From NCBI GenBank assembly GCA_965222375.1, contig CBDCTZ010000013.1, forward strand, positions 32,001 to 96,000: a stretch of 64,000 nucleotides of DNA, read 5' to 3'. Below, one piece after another: positions 51,705 to 60,631 of this stretch. The translations under genes and the position numbers were made by a program. Position 1 is the first letter of the stretch, and every line of letters starts with the position of its first letter. Source of the stretch: Polyangiaceae bacterium. GTDB taxonomy: Bacteria > Myxococcota_A > Polyangia > Polyangiales > Polyangiaceae. Under the pieces are notes generated by a model that did no database searches, was not told where the DNA came from, and saw only the letters and a list, made by a program, of their open reading frames with translations.

Positions 51705-53936
51705 ATGTGCAAACGGACGATTATCTCGCTCGCGCTCAGCGCGTTCTTGACGGACACCTCCTTAGCTTTGGCACAGCCTGTGCCAAAGGCGCCGCCCGGC
51801 GACGATGAGCCCGGCGCTGTACCGAAACCCGCCGCGCCCAAGCCTGGCGCCGCGCCAAAACCGGGTACGACCGCCGCGCCGGGAACGCAGCCTGGTACCG
51901 CGCCAAAACCTGGCGCCAGCGATCCCCCACCAGCGGACCCACCGCCCGCGGGCGCTCGCGGGACCCCACCCACAGATCCGCCACCAACTCGACCGCGGGG
52001 ACCGCAGGGCCCCAGCGCGAAGCCAACTCCCGGTGCAATGCCAGGCCTGGGTCCAATGCCGATGTGGCCGCAGCCCCGCACGGACACAAAGGCACTCAAA
52101 GCTCAAGGCAAAGATCGACCAGACGCGAAGAAGGCCGAAACGGATCCCGATCAGATCTACGCGGAGCAATGGTGGTCCAACGCCCGTGCTAGTTTCGAGA
52201 TCCACGGTTACTTCCGCTTGCGCGCTGAGCTGTTCCACAACTTCTCTCTCGGTCGTATCGACGAGCCGAACCGCGCGCTGTGGCCCATGCCCGCGGACAA
52301 TCACTACAACGGACGCCAGAACACCTTCGGCCCCGCACTGTGCACCGCCGATGAGGCTCAGCTGGGCGACAGCGACGATCCTGCTCAGGGGCTGTTCCCC
52401 TGCAAAAACAAGACTCAAGCGGGCGCGAACATCCGCTTTAGGCTCAATCCGGAGTTGCACATCTCGGACAACTTGCGGGTGATGAGCCAGATCGATCTGC
52501 TCGACAATCTGGTGCTCGGGTCGACCCCGGAAGGCTACGCAAATAGCCCCGCAGATGTTGGCGGCTACGCCGTGAACAAGCGCTCGGGCTATGCGCCGCT
52601 AGGCGCGTTCGACTCCACTCAGTCACCACCCAGCGCTGGAGACAACAGCCTCAAGGACAGCGTTCGGGTCAAGCGCGTCTGGGCAGAATACCTGACCCCC
52701 GTCGGCCAGTTGCGCTTCGGTCGCATGCCCAGCCACTGGGGCTTGGGTCTGCTCGCAAACTCCGGCGACGGGCACGACGACGACTACCAGACGACCGCCG
52801 ACCGCATCTTGTTCGTCACCGGCATCAAGAGCCTGGACATCTACTTCGCCGGTGCGTGGGACTTCGCCAACGAAGGTGCCACCAGCGAGAACCAGAAACT
52901 GCCCCAGGGCCAGGCCTACGATCTTGGACAGCTCGACGACGTCGACCAGTATGTCTTCGCGGTCACCCGCCGCAAGAACCCGGAGCTGACCAAGCTCGCC
53001 TTGGCCAAGGGCAAGGTAGTCCTCAACGGCGGCGCCTACGTCGTGCATCGCCGCCAGCTGCTCGCCAACGACCAGAGCGGAGGCTGCAACAACGGCGCAG
53101 CCGCCATTGGCTGCACTTCCGGCGATGTTTCCAACGGTTTTGTGCGCCGGGGAGCCTCCGCGTGGATCCCGGATATCTGGCTGCAGCTACTGTACAAGAA
53201 GTTCCGCTTCGAGATGGAAGCCGTCACGATTCAAGGTTCCATCGAGAACCTGCGCGCCGAGCCGGGCAGCAGCGACTTCGTCAATCAGAACGGTGACAAC
53301 GGCTGGAAGATCCGCCAGTACGGCTACGCCCTCGAACTGGAGCAGAAGCTGGTCGAGGACCGACTCAAGCTGGCCTTCATGCACGGCTGGGCATCTGGGG
53401 ACGGCGATGTCTTCGGACCGCAGACCGGCGCGGGTGGGCTCTCACCCGGCCTCGACGGCTTGCAGCCCCAGCAGGGCGACCGCACGATTTCCACCTTCCG
53501 GTTCCACCCGAACTACAAGGTGGACTTGATCCTGCACCGCAACTTGCTCAACCGCGTGCAAGGCACCTACTACTTCCGCCCCAGTGTGGACTACGACTTC
53601 CTGCGCAACCAAAACGGGCAGCGCTTCGGTGGCGGCTTCGCTGCGATTTGGTCGCGGGCCAGTCAGTTCGTTCAGACCCCGGGCCACAAGCGAGACCTGG
53701 GCATCGAACTCAACCTTCAGCTGTACTACCAGTCCAAGGACGGCGCTCTGAACGACGACCCCGACAAGATGGGCGGCTTCTTCACGTCACTTCAGTACGG
53801 CGTGCTCTTCCCCCTCGGCGGCCTGGGCTATCAGCCCCAAGAGCAAACCCGCATCATCGACGACCTGCGCGACAGCGGCGCCGCTGACACCTCGACGGCG
53901 CAAATCCTCCGCTGGTACATGGGCGTCCTGTTCTAG
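51705..53936 (+). CDS. TIGR04551-like outer-membrane beta-barrel protein, copy 2
   Basis: Near-identical protein to copy 1. Confidence 0.75.
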   Translation: MCKRTIISLALSAFLTDTSLALAQPVPKAPPGDDEPGAVPKPAAPKPGAAPKPGTTAAPGTQPGTAPKPGASDPPPADPPPAGARGTPPTDPPPTRPRGPQGPSAKPTPGAMPGLGPMPMWPQPRTDTKALKAQGKDRPDAKKAETDPDQIYAEQWWSNARASFEIHGYFRLRAELFHNFSLGRIDEPNRALWPMPADNHYNGRQNTFGPALCTADEAQLGDSDDPAQGLFPCKNKTQAGANIRFRLNPELHISDNLRVMSQIDLLDNLVLGSTPEGYANSPADVGGYAVNKRSGYAPLGAFDSTQSPPSAGDNSLKDSVRVKRVWAEYLTPVGQLRFGRMPSHWGLGLLANSGDGHDDDYQTTADRILFVTGIKSLDIYFAGAWDFANEGATSENQKLPQGQAYDLGQLDDVDQYVFAVTRRKNPELTKLALAKGKVVLNGGAYVVHRRQLLANDQSGGCNNGAAAIGCTSGDVSNGFVRRGASAWIPDIWLQLLYKKFRFEMEAVTIQGSIENLRAEPGSSDFVNQNGDNGWKIRQYGYALELEQKLVEDRLKLAFMHGWASGDGDVFGPQTGAGGLSPGLDGLQPQQGDRTISTFRFHPNYKVDLILHRNLLNRVQGTYYFRPSVDYDFLRNQNGQRFGGGFAAIWSRASQFVQTPGHKRDLGIELNLQLYYQSKDGALNDDPDKMGGFFTSLQYGVLFPLGGLGYQPQEQTRIIDDLRDSGAADTSTAQILRWYMGVLF

Positions 53937-53978
53937 GCACAGCCGGCGCTTTCATTGACGACGCGCAAGCGCCGAGCG

Positions 53979-54566
53979 TCAGTCCGCCCACTGAATCAAG
54001 AACTCGCAGTTCGGCCCGCCCATGATTCGGCAGTTGGTCTCTTCGACCGAGATCTCGCTGCGTGGTCCCATCTCCAAGGACCCCATGACCCAGCCGGCAA
54101 CAGATAGACAATGGGAGCGGTGAGGCGTCGGAAAATCTGAGATCGTCACGTACAGTCCGTTCCTACCGTGCGAGCGGGACATCAGCTTGCCACCGTCGTA
54201 GTGGGAGCCCCACAGACCTGCGGCGATCCCGATGAACGTGGATGGACGCATGTGGCGCATGAACATGCTCTTCCACACACCCAAATTGTGGGTCGCCGCG
54301 AAGCGACCGATTTCCCAGGCCAGCTCCAAGTCCCCACGGCCAAAGAGCTGGTCCGCGACGACGTTGGCCTCGATGAAGTGCTCGAAGTCCACCCAGCCAC
54401 CGGGCGGGTCGGCAGTCGCCGCGAAGAGTGCTCGCAGCGGTGGCGTCACAGTGGCGCGGTAGCGTTCCAGTGCCTCGGCACCCAGATGCTTGTCCACGAA
54501 TGCCTCCCGCGCACGCACCGTCCGGAGCTGCACTCGCGCTTTCGCGCCCGATCCCGCCTCGCTCAT
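53979..54566 (-). CDS. Hypothetical protein (DUF2378/V4R-like)
   Basis: GW..FE.F, C-terminal C...G...CEF.I.W. Confidence 0.5.
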   Translation of the reverse strand: MSEAGSGAKARVQLRTVRAREAFVDKHLGAEALERYRATVTPPLRALFAATADPPGGWVDFEHFIEANVVADQLFGRGDLELAWEIGRFAATHNLGVWKSMFMRHMRPSTFIGIAAGLWGSHYDGGKLMSRSHGRNGLYVTISDFPTPHRSHCLSVAGWVMGSLEMGPRSEISVEETNCRIMGGPNCEFLIQWAD

Positions 54567-54729
54567 CGCCTTGCTAATGGTACGCTACCCAGGGCCCTGA
54601 AACCCGAGACCGCAAAAACCCGTACCCGAGCGTGTCGATCCCCACAAAGGCGGCACGCTTGCCGCCTGGGCGGCAGTGTGGAAGGAATTTCAGCTGCTAG
54701 CGGCTCCTGACCCACACAGAGGACTCATC

Positions 54730-55728
54730 ATGGCTTCGCTTCGTAACTACTTGTTAGCATTCGGTTTCTTTGGTTTGGCGGCCGCAGCGCCGGCATGTAG
54801 CTCCGACAGTGGCAGCGGTGGCAGCGGCGGCGGTACCGGCGCTGTTGGCGCAACCGGGGGCGGCGGCACGAGCGGCGTGGGAGCAACCGGCGGAACGGGC
54901 GCAGGCGGAGCAGGCGGAAGCGCTGGCACGCCCACCTGCGATCCCGGCCCCGGCTACAAGGGCAACGTCACGCCGCAGAAGGTGGATTCCCTCAACGGCA
55001 AGCTCGTCGATCTGGACGGCAATCCAGTTGGCGACACCGTCACCACGGTTTGCGGACTCTCCCTGTGCATCTTCGGCAGCACCGACAAGGATGGCACCGT
55101 CGTCACCTGCGACAAGCAGACCAAACTCTGCACACCTGGCATCACGGTCGGACAGGACATGCAAAAGCCCGCCTTCAAGTACGCCATCGGCCTGAACTAC
55201 GCGAAGTTCGCGTTGCTCACGCCGCCGGGCTCGACCACGGTCGACGTCGGCACTCAGGTAACCGCAAAGTTCCCCGACTTCTCTCAGGGTCAGGACATCA
55301 ACGCGGGCGCGGACATGGTCAGCGCGGGCGTGACGCTGCGTTTGGCCGCCAACACCAAGATCTCCTTCGAGCCGGACTTCATCACCGCCGAAGAGAAGCG
55401 CTACCGGGTCGTGGACATTCCCATGGCCAAGGCGCCGGAAGTCGTCGACAAGTCCCTGAACTTCGACGGCCTGGTCGCCACCACTCCGGTGGACACGGAC
55501 TTCTGTCCGCACGCGACCATGCTCTTCCCCAACAACTACGGCTACGCCGCGGGCGCCGCCGTCGAGATCTGGATCCACGGTGTGGACACCGAGGAGTCCT
55601 GGGCGCCCTATGGCGGCTGGGGCAAGGTCAGCGACGCCACGGTTTCCGGGGACGGCTCCAGCATCGAAACCGTCGCCGACCAAGGCATTCCCATGCTCGG
55701 GACCTTCGGCATTCGCAAGAAGCCATGA
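54730..55728 (+). CDS. Gly-rich lipoprotein of unknown function
   Basis: Lipobox PAC-SSD, GGT/GGA linker. Confidence 0.65.
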   Translation: MASLRNYLLAFGFFGLAAAAPACSSDSGSGGSGGGTGAVGATGGGGTSGVGATGGTGAGGAGGSAGTPTCDPGPGYKGNVTPQKVDSLNGKLVDLDGNPVGDTVTTVCGLSLCIFGSTDKDGTVVTCDKQTKLCTPGITVGQDMQKPAFKYAIGLNYAKFALLTPPGSTTVDVGTQVTAKFPDFSQGQDINAGADMVSAGVTLRLAANTKISFEPDFITAEEKRYRVVDIPMAKAPEVVDKSLNFDGLVATTPVDTDFCPHATMLFPNNYGYAAGAAVEIWIHGVDTEESWAPYGGWGKVSDATVSGDGSSIETVADQGIPMLGTFGIRKKP

Positions 55729-56384
55729 ACTACCTCTCCCTAGTCCTCATTTGTCTTTGGGCGCTGCCCGCCTGCGGCACCAATCGTCCCGACATTCCCG
55801 AGGACTTGAAGCAACCCGCTGGGGGCGCCGGCACGGCCGGCAACTACCCCGCGGGGCCGTACGGCAGTGAGAAGGGCGACACGATCGAGAACTTCACCTT
55901 CGCCTCGTCCTGGCTCGACCCTGCCGCAGCGAACTATGATCCGGCCGCGTTTGCGCCACTCTCCTTCGCCGACTTCCACGATCCCGACGGCACCAAGGGC
56001 AACAAGCTCCTGCTCTTGAACACATCCGCGGTGTGGTGTGGCGCCTGCAAGGCCGAGCACGGCGGCAGCCAGAACAAGCCCTCCCTCAACGAGCACCACG
56101 ACGACCTGAATCCGAAAGGGCTCACCATCATCAGTCTCTTGTTCCAAGACGCCAAGAGCGACCCGGCCAAGGTCGAGCATCTCGTAGCCTGGACCCAGTC
56201 CTTCGAATCCCGCCATCCCATGGGCCTCGATCCCGAGTACCAGATGGGCCGCTTCGGCTCTGCGGAAAACGCTCCCCTCAACATCATCGTGGAAACGCGC
56301 ACCATGACGGTGATAGAGAAGTTCATCGGTGATCAGGCCACCGTCATGTGGCCCTTCATCGAATCCGAGCTGGCCAAACGCTAA
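55725..56384 (+). CDS. Thioredoxin-fold lipoprotein
   Basis: ATGA overlap; lipobox LPAC; YPAGPYG; SAVWCGAC. Confidence 0.75.
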   Translation: MNYLSLVLICLWALPACGTNRPDIPEDLKQPAGGAGTAGNYPAGPYGSEKGDTIENFTFASSWLDPAAANYDPAAFAPLSFADFHDPDGTKGNKLLLLNTSAVWCGACKAEHGGSQNKPSLNEHHDDLNPKGLTIISLLFQDAKSDPAKVEHLVAWTQSFESRHPMGLDPEYQMGRFGSAENAPLNIIVETRTMTVIEKFIGDQATVMWPFIESELAKR

Positions 56385-56399
56385 CGCCGTCGCAATCGC

Positions 56400-58277
56400 A
56401 TGAGTCGCCGCCTGCTAACGCTGGCTCCAACAGGAGCCTTGCTCTGCCTGACGGCCCCAGCCTGGGCTTTCGACGCCGGCACCCTCGGCGACGATGCAGT
56501 GCAGCTCGACATCACCAACGCCACCAGCGTCGTCTACAACGTCGACAATCGCGACTCGAAGCCCAACCAGGTCAATACCCGCGCCAACGACGACTGGGGC
56601 GTTTGGTACAACCGCCTCAACGTCCAGGGCAGCTGGGGCAAATGGACCGCTGGCGTCCGCTTGGACAACGCCTGGTTCTACCGCTCGCCTTTCCCGGAGC
56701 AGATCGCCCTGGACTTGACCGAAGAACGCGGCAATCCGCCGGGCGGCATCCCGCGACCGACCTTCTTCCGTCAGAAGTTCCAGGAGGCGGGCGCCGAGCT
56801 CTCGAACCGCTACATCAACTGGCTCTACCCGGCGAAGTACTACGTGGGCTACACCACCCGGGACGTGGAGCTGCAGCTCGGCGACAGCTACGCGCAGCTC
56901 GGCCGGGGCTTGGTGCTGAGCGTTCGCAAAAGCGACGAGCTGGCCAGCGACAGCACCGTGCGGGGCGCCCGGGTGACCGGTCGGGTCAGAGCCGGCAAGA
57001 CCCGGCTGCGCATGACGGCCCTGGCCGGCGCGATGAATCCGCTGCGCATCGACGAAGCGAGCGGTCGCTACATCGGCGTCGATTCTTCCGTGACAAGCGG
57101 TGAGCTCGCTGTCGCCGAGGCGGGCATGCCCCGAGCGGTGGAAACCGACTTTCTGCCCCAGGTGCCCACCTATGCCCCGGACCGCATGATCGCCGGACAG
57201 TTCGAAGTCGCGCCCAAGGGTTTCAAACTGGGCACTCAAGGCTCGATGTTGATCCGTCAGGATCCCCTGAACCCCGACGTCGTACGACAAGCCGATCGAA
57301 TCCTGACTGCCAGCCAGTCCGTCGAGATCCCTGACATCGACAGCCATGGGGACGCCTACTTGGAAGTCGCGTATCAGTCCCTGAAGGACTCAGATCCCGA
57401 TGCGGGCCAGTCCCGCGAGCTGATCGACCCCGGCTACGCCATCTACGGCGCCGTCAGCGTGATTGAGCTGCCCTTTTCCCTACTCATCGAAGGCAAACAC
57501 TACCGTCGCTTCTTTCCCTTGCGAGCAAACGTCGATCTGTCGCGCTCCCGGGAGTTTTCCGGAGTGCAGTACAGCGCGCCGCCGACTACCGGCGCCTTCT
57601 GGATCGACACCGAATTCGAGGGCTTCAATACCTGCGTCACCGGTGGCCGCGCCAAGAGCGACGTACACGTCGGTAAAGACGAGAGTCTGTTCGCCTGGGT
57701 GGGCCACTACTACACCTGGGCAGAAAGCGTCTCCAACGACGGCTGTGAGATCAGCGACGAGAACCTGAACCGCGTCTGGGACCTAGCAGCCGGCGCGGAG
57801 ATCACAAGCCAGAAGCGGAAGAGCCGCGCCAACGTCACCTTGGGTGGGCGCATCGACGAAACCGACCGCTTGATCGACGACGGCTTCGGCCAAACCCACG
57901 TCTTTTACCAAGAGACCTACGCCCGCTACGACATCATCCGCCACCTCTCCGGTCCCTACTCGCTGCAGCTGCAGGGTTGGCACCGGCGCAGGCGTCAGTC
58001 CTTCGGCGGCGCGGACGAACCTTGGTTTGAAGGCCAGCACCTGACCGGCCTGGACATCGCGCCGTACTTTTCAGCCGCCCTCGGCGTGGAATACGACACC
58101 AACCCGCAAACGCCGGACACCTACTTCAACGCCCAGGTGACCTACAAGTTCACCAGCGCCAGCAGCGTGTCGCTCTTCGCGGGCCAGCGCCGAGGTGCCC
58201 TGCGTTGCGTCGCAGGCGTGTGCCGGGTGTTCCCGCCCTTCGAAGGCGGGCGCTTGGACGCGACGTTCCGGCTGTAA
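56400..58277 (+). CDS. DUF6029-like outer-membrane protein
   Basis: LGDSYAQLGRGLVLS; C-terminal GQRRGALRCVAGVCRVFPPFEG. Confidence 0.65.
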   Translation: MSRRLLTLAPTGALLCLTAPAWAFDAGTLGDDAVQLDITNATSVVYNVDNRDSKPNQVNTRANDDWGVWYNRLNVQGSWGKWTAGVRLDNAWFYRSPFPEQIALDLTEERGNPPGGIPRPTFFRQKFQEAGAELSNRYINWLYPAKYYVGYTTRDVELQLGDSYAQLGRGLVLSVRKSDELASDSTVRGARVTGRVRAGKTRLRMTALAGAMNPLRIDEASGRYIGVDSSVTSGELAVAEAGMPRAVETDFLPQVPTYAPDRMIAGQFEVAPKGFKLGTQGSMLIRQDPLNPDVVRQADRILTASQSVEIPDIDSHGDAYLEVAYQSLKDSDPDAGQSRELIDPGYAIYGAVSVIELPFSLLIEGKHYRRFFPLRANVDLSRSREFSGVQYSAPPTTGAFWIDTEFEGFNTCVTGGRAKSDVHVGKDESLFAWVGHYYTWAESVSNDGCEISDENLNRVWDLAAGAEITSQKRKSRANVTLGGRIDETDRLIDDGFGQTHVFYQETYARYDIIRHLSGPYSLQLQGWHRRRRQSFGGADEPWFEGQHLTGLDIAPYFSAALGVEYDTNPQTPDTYFNAQVTYKFTSASSVSLFAGQRRGALRCVAGVCRVFPPFEGGRLDATFRL

Positions 58278-58379
58278 GCGCCCCGGGCTCTGTTTGTATT
58301 TTTGGGGGTCGCATCCCTGCAGCGCGTCGTGCCACTACTCTCGACTATGGGGTGGCCTGTCCGTCCAGAACAAAGTGGT

Positions 58380-58690
58380 CCGTCGCCCTGAGGTAGAGGG
58401 GAGTTCTTCGTCGGCAGCGCGTTGGTTGGGGAGAAAGTCCAGCTCAGGCTGTCTGAATCGACTATTCGCGGTCGTGGCTTGTCGGAAGACGAGGAAACCA
58501 AGAACGGGCTGTCTGAATCGACTATTCGCGCTCGCAATGGCGCATAGGTGGAGGTCCGTTGGCGGGGCGCAATCGCCGTGACAAGGTCGTGGCCAGCTTT
58601 CGCTGGACGCCTGGAGCGAGAGTAACGCGCTCACCGCCTCTGGACAGCCGTTGATTGGCTTTCTCAGGTCAACCTTGTGGGCTGCCGGAG
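58380..58690 (-). ncRNA. Putative bridge/seek RNA of the IS110 (boundaries approximate)
   Basis: Contains segments matching the reconstructed target (GAGGCG, TACTCTCGC) and donor end (ATAGTCGA). Confidence 0.65.
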
Positions 58691-58702
58691 TCTGGAGGTT
58701 TT

Positions 58703-59731
58703 CTACGCCACGGTTTGCGCTGCCTTTCGATGGTTGAGCTCGTATACAGAGCCGTCGCGCCACAACGCGAAGAGCACGCCAGCTAGTTTGCGGGCCAACG
58801 CCACGGTAGCGATGAATTTGCCACGGCGTTGCTCGATTTGCTCTGCCCACTTGGACATTGGGTCGTTGGGCCGTGTACGCCGAAAGGTCCACGCCGCCTG
58901 CACCAAGTTGGTGCGCACCATCGCCGGTCCGGCCTTGGTGATCCCGAGCCGTTGCTGACGATCGCCGCTGGATTTCTCGCCCGGAGTCAGCCCAAGAAAG
59001 GCTTCGACAGAGTGAGCGCTCGGAAAACGTGTCCTGTCGTCGAGTGCTGCCACAAAGCGCATGCTGGTTGCCGGACCGATACCGGGCACCGTCATGAGAC
59101 GCTGACAGACTGGGTCCTTCTTCGCCAGGGCCCTGAGCTCCTCGTTGGCTTCCTTGATCTGCACGTTGAGAGCTTCGATGGCCTGCAAAAGACGCTCGAC
59201 GTGCTGCGGCAATCCATCGGGATGAGCGAGGGCTGCAGCGCGGAGGCGTGTGGGCAAGGTCGTGGGCTCGCCGGAGCACATTTTCAACAGTTGCGTACGC
59301 CTCCAGCCTTGCACTGCATTTGCCAATGCCGTGCGTGCACCAAGCAGTTGCTCGCGCATTGCGCACATCGTGCGTCTGTCGCGAGCCTGCTCCGCCGGGA
59401 TGTGCACCGATGGCAAGTCGATACGGCACGAGACTTCGCTGAGGACCTGCGCATCGCGCCGGTCGGTCTTGATGCCTCGAGCCCCGACCCCCAAACTGCG
59501 CACCAACGTTGCTGGGACCACACGCACCTCGTGTCCACATTCCAGAGCCCAGTCGGCGACTCGGAATGCTTCCGAACACGTTTCCAGTACAATTCGGCTC
59601 TTGGGCTGGTGCTGAAAGAAGCACATCAAACTGCTGGTCGCGATCCTCTTCTCCAGCAGAATTCCTTCGTCCGCGGCCCGCACACACACCTGCGATTGTT
59701 TTCCACCCAGATCGACTCCAATATGCTCCAT
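58703..59731 (-). CDS. IS110-family recombinase/transposase
   Basis: IGVDLG, VLE, KTDRRDA (DEDD); VPGIG; GLTP...SSG; VALARKL. Confidence 0.95.
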   Translation of the reverse strand: MEHIGVDLGGKQSQVCVRAADEGILLEKRIATSSLMCFFQHQPKSRIVLETCSEAFRVADWALECGHEVRVVPATLVRSLGVGARGIKTDRRDAQVLSEVSCRIDLPSVHIPAEQARDRRTMCAMREQLLGARTALANAVQGWRRTQLLKMCSGEPTTLPTRLRAAALAHPDGLPQHVERLLQAIEALNVQIKEANEELRALAKKDPVCQRLMTVPGIGPATSMRFVAALDDRTRFPSAHSVEAFLGLTPGEKSSGDRQQRLGITKAGPAMVRTNLVQAAWTFRRTRPNDPMSKWAEQIEQRRGKFIATVALARKLAGVLFALWRDGSVYELNHRKAAQTVA

Positions 59732-59818
59732 GGCTGTCTCCTCTAATCACTGCGCCTTTGAGCGCGTCTGTTGATTGAGGCCCGGTTTCCGGTGACCTCG
59801 TTAATGAGGAGACAGCCA
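59731..59818 (-). promoter_or_regulatory. 13-bp inverted repeat sequestering the transposase RBS
   Basis: TGGCTGTCTCCTC (59731-43) / GAGGAGACAGCCA (59806-18). Confidence 0.65.
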
Positions 59819-60131
59819 CTGTCGCCTCGCGCAAAGCCATCGCTCGCGCGTCCGGCGCCCAAGCGAACACCGTATGCAGAACGGCCACCATGGCAGCCCT
59901 CCGCATCCGAAAGACGCCTCGGCGGCTACCTACCAGGTCACGAGCCACCCCATCACATCTCCCGGGGCCCAGCAGGGGCGCCCGCGCGCTTTTCCCATAG
60001 CCGCACGCTCATCCGAGCCGCGTCGGCAACTCTCGGCGTTGCACGGAAACCGGACTCCATCACGGCAAACGCGCCCGCCGGCAGGCTGATAGGGAGAGCT
60101 GCGGGCCTGCAACGAACTGCAGGCACGAAAG

Positions 60132-60290
60132 TCCCAGGGTGGGAGGGCACCTTGGTCGGCCCATTGAGTACGCGGGTTGCGCAAAATCTGAACGGTGTCC
60201 CACCCCGGGTGGGACACCTTGTCGGGCGACCGCGATGCTGAGTTGCGGAGATTCGCGCCGGCGACTGGCGTCGTCTCGGCTGTGGGGGCT
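60132..60290 (+). repeat. ~160-bp direct repeat, copy 1
   Basis: TCCCAGGGTGGGAGGGCA...CCCACCCCGGGTGGGACA..TTGTCGGGCGA...GAGTTGCGG...GCGCCGGCGAC...GTGGGGGCT. Confidence 0.8.
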
Positions 60291-60631
60291 TCGGTGCGGG
60301 CGGGCCTTGGGGAGGCCCGTCACGTCCGCACCTCCGCCGGGGCGCCGGCGCCGTGAGTGTTAGCAATGCGCATGAATCGACTTTCACGAGCACTTCCCGG
60401 GATGCAGCGACGCTTTCACGTTGGAGTTAAGGGCGACACTTTCACTTTGCTTTGACAATTCACACGAAAGTTGTTGACAGGTTTCCGCGCGCACGTCGGC
60501 GCGAAACGCCAGCGTAGCGATTTGTAGCCACGTGCCGCGCGCATGTGACTCGTGTGTGCGGTTTCAGGCGCGAGACGGCGCGCGCGGCGATTGGTGGAGT
60601 GATCGCCGCATAGCGTGTCAGCTGAGAAGCC

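Larger units (their letters stand above)
58341..59824 (-). mobile_element. IS110/IS1111-type element
   Basis: TCG at both boundaries (58341-43, 59822-24); subterminal GTGGC(C)TGTC inverted repeats; long 3' non-coding end. Confidence 0.8.

Noticed and set aside
55050..55724. N-terminal half of ORF 55050-56384
   Set aside because: Overlaps the lipoprotein gene in another frame; the real start with signal peptide is at 55725.
58447..58530. CRISPR array
   Set aside because: Only two repeats, no cas genes, and the repeats match the IS110 ends.
58335..59948. 537-aa minus-strand ORF over the IS110
   Set aside because: Alternative-frame shadow with no motifs, as expected in high-GC DNA.
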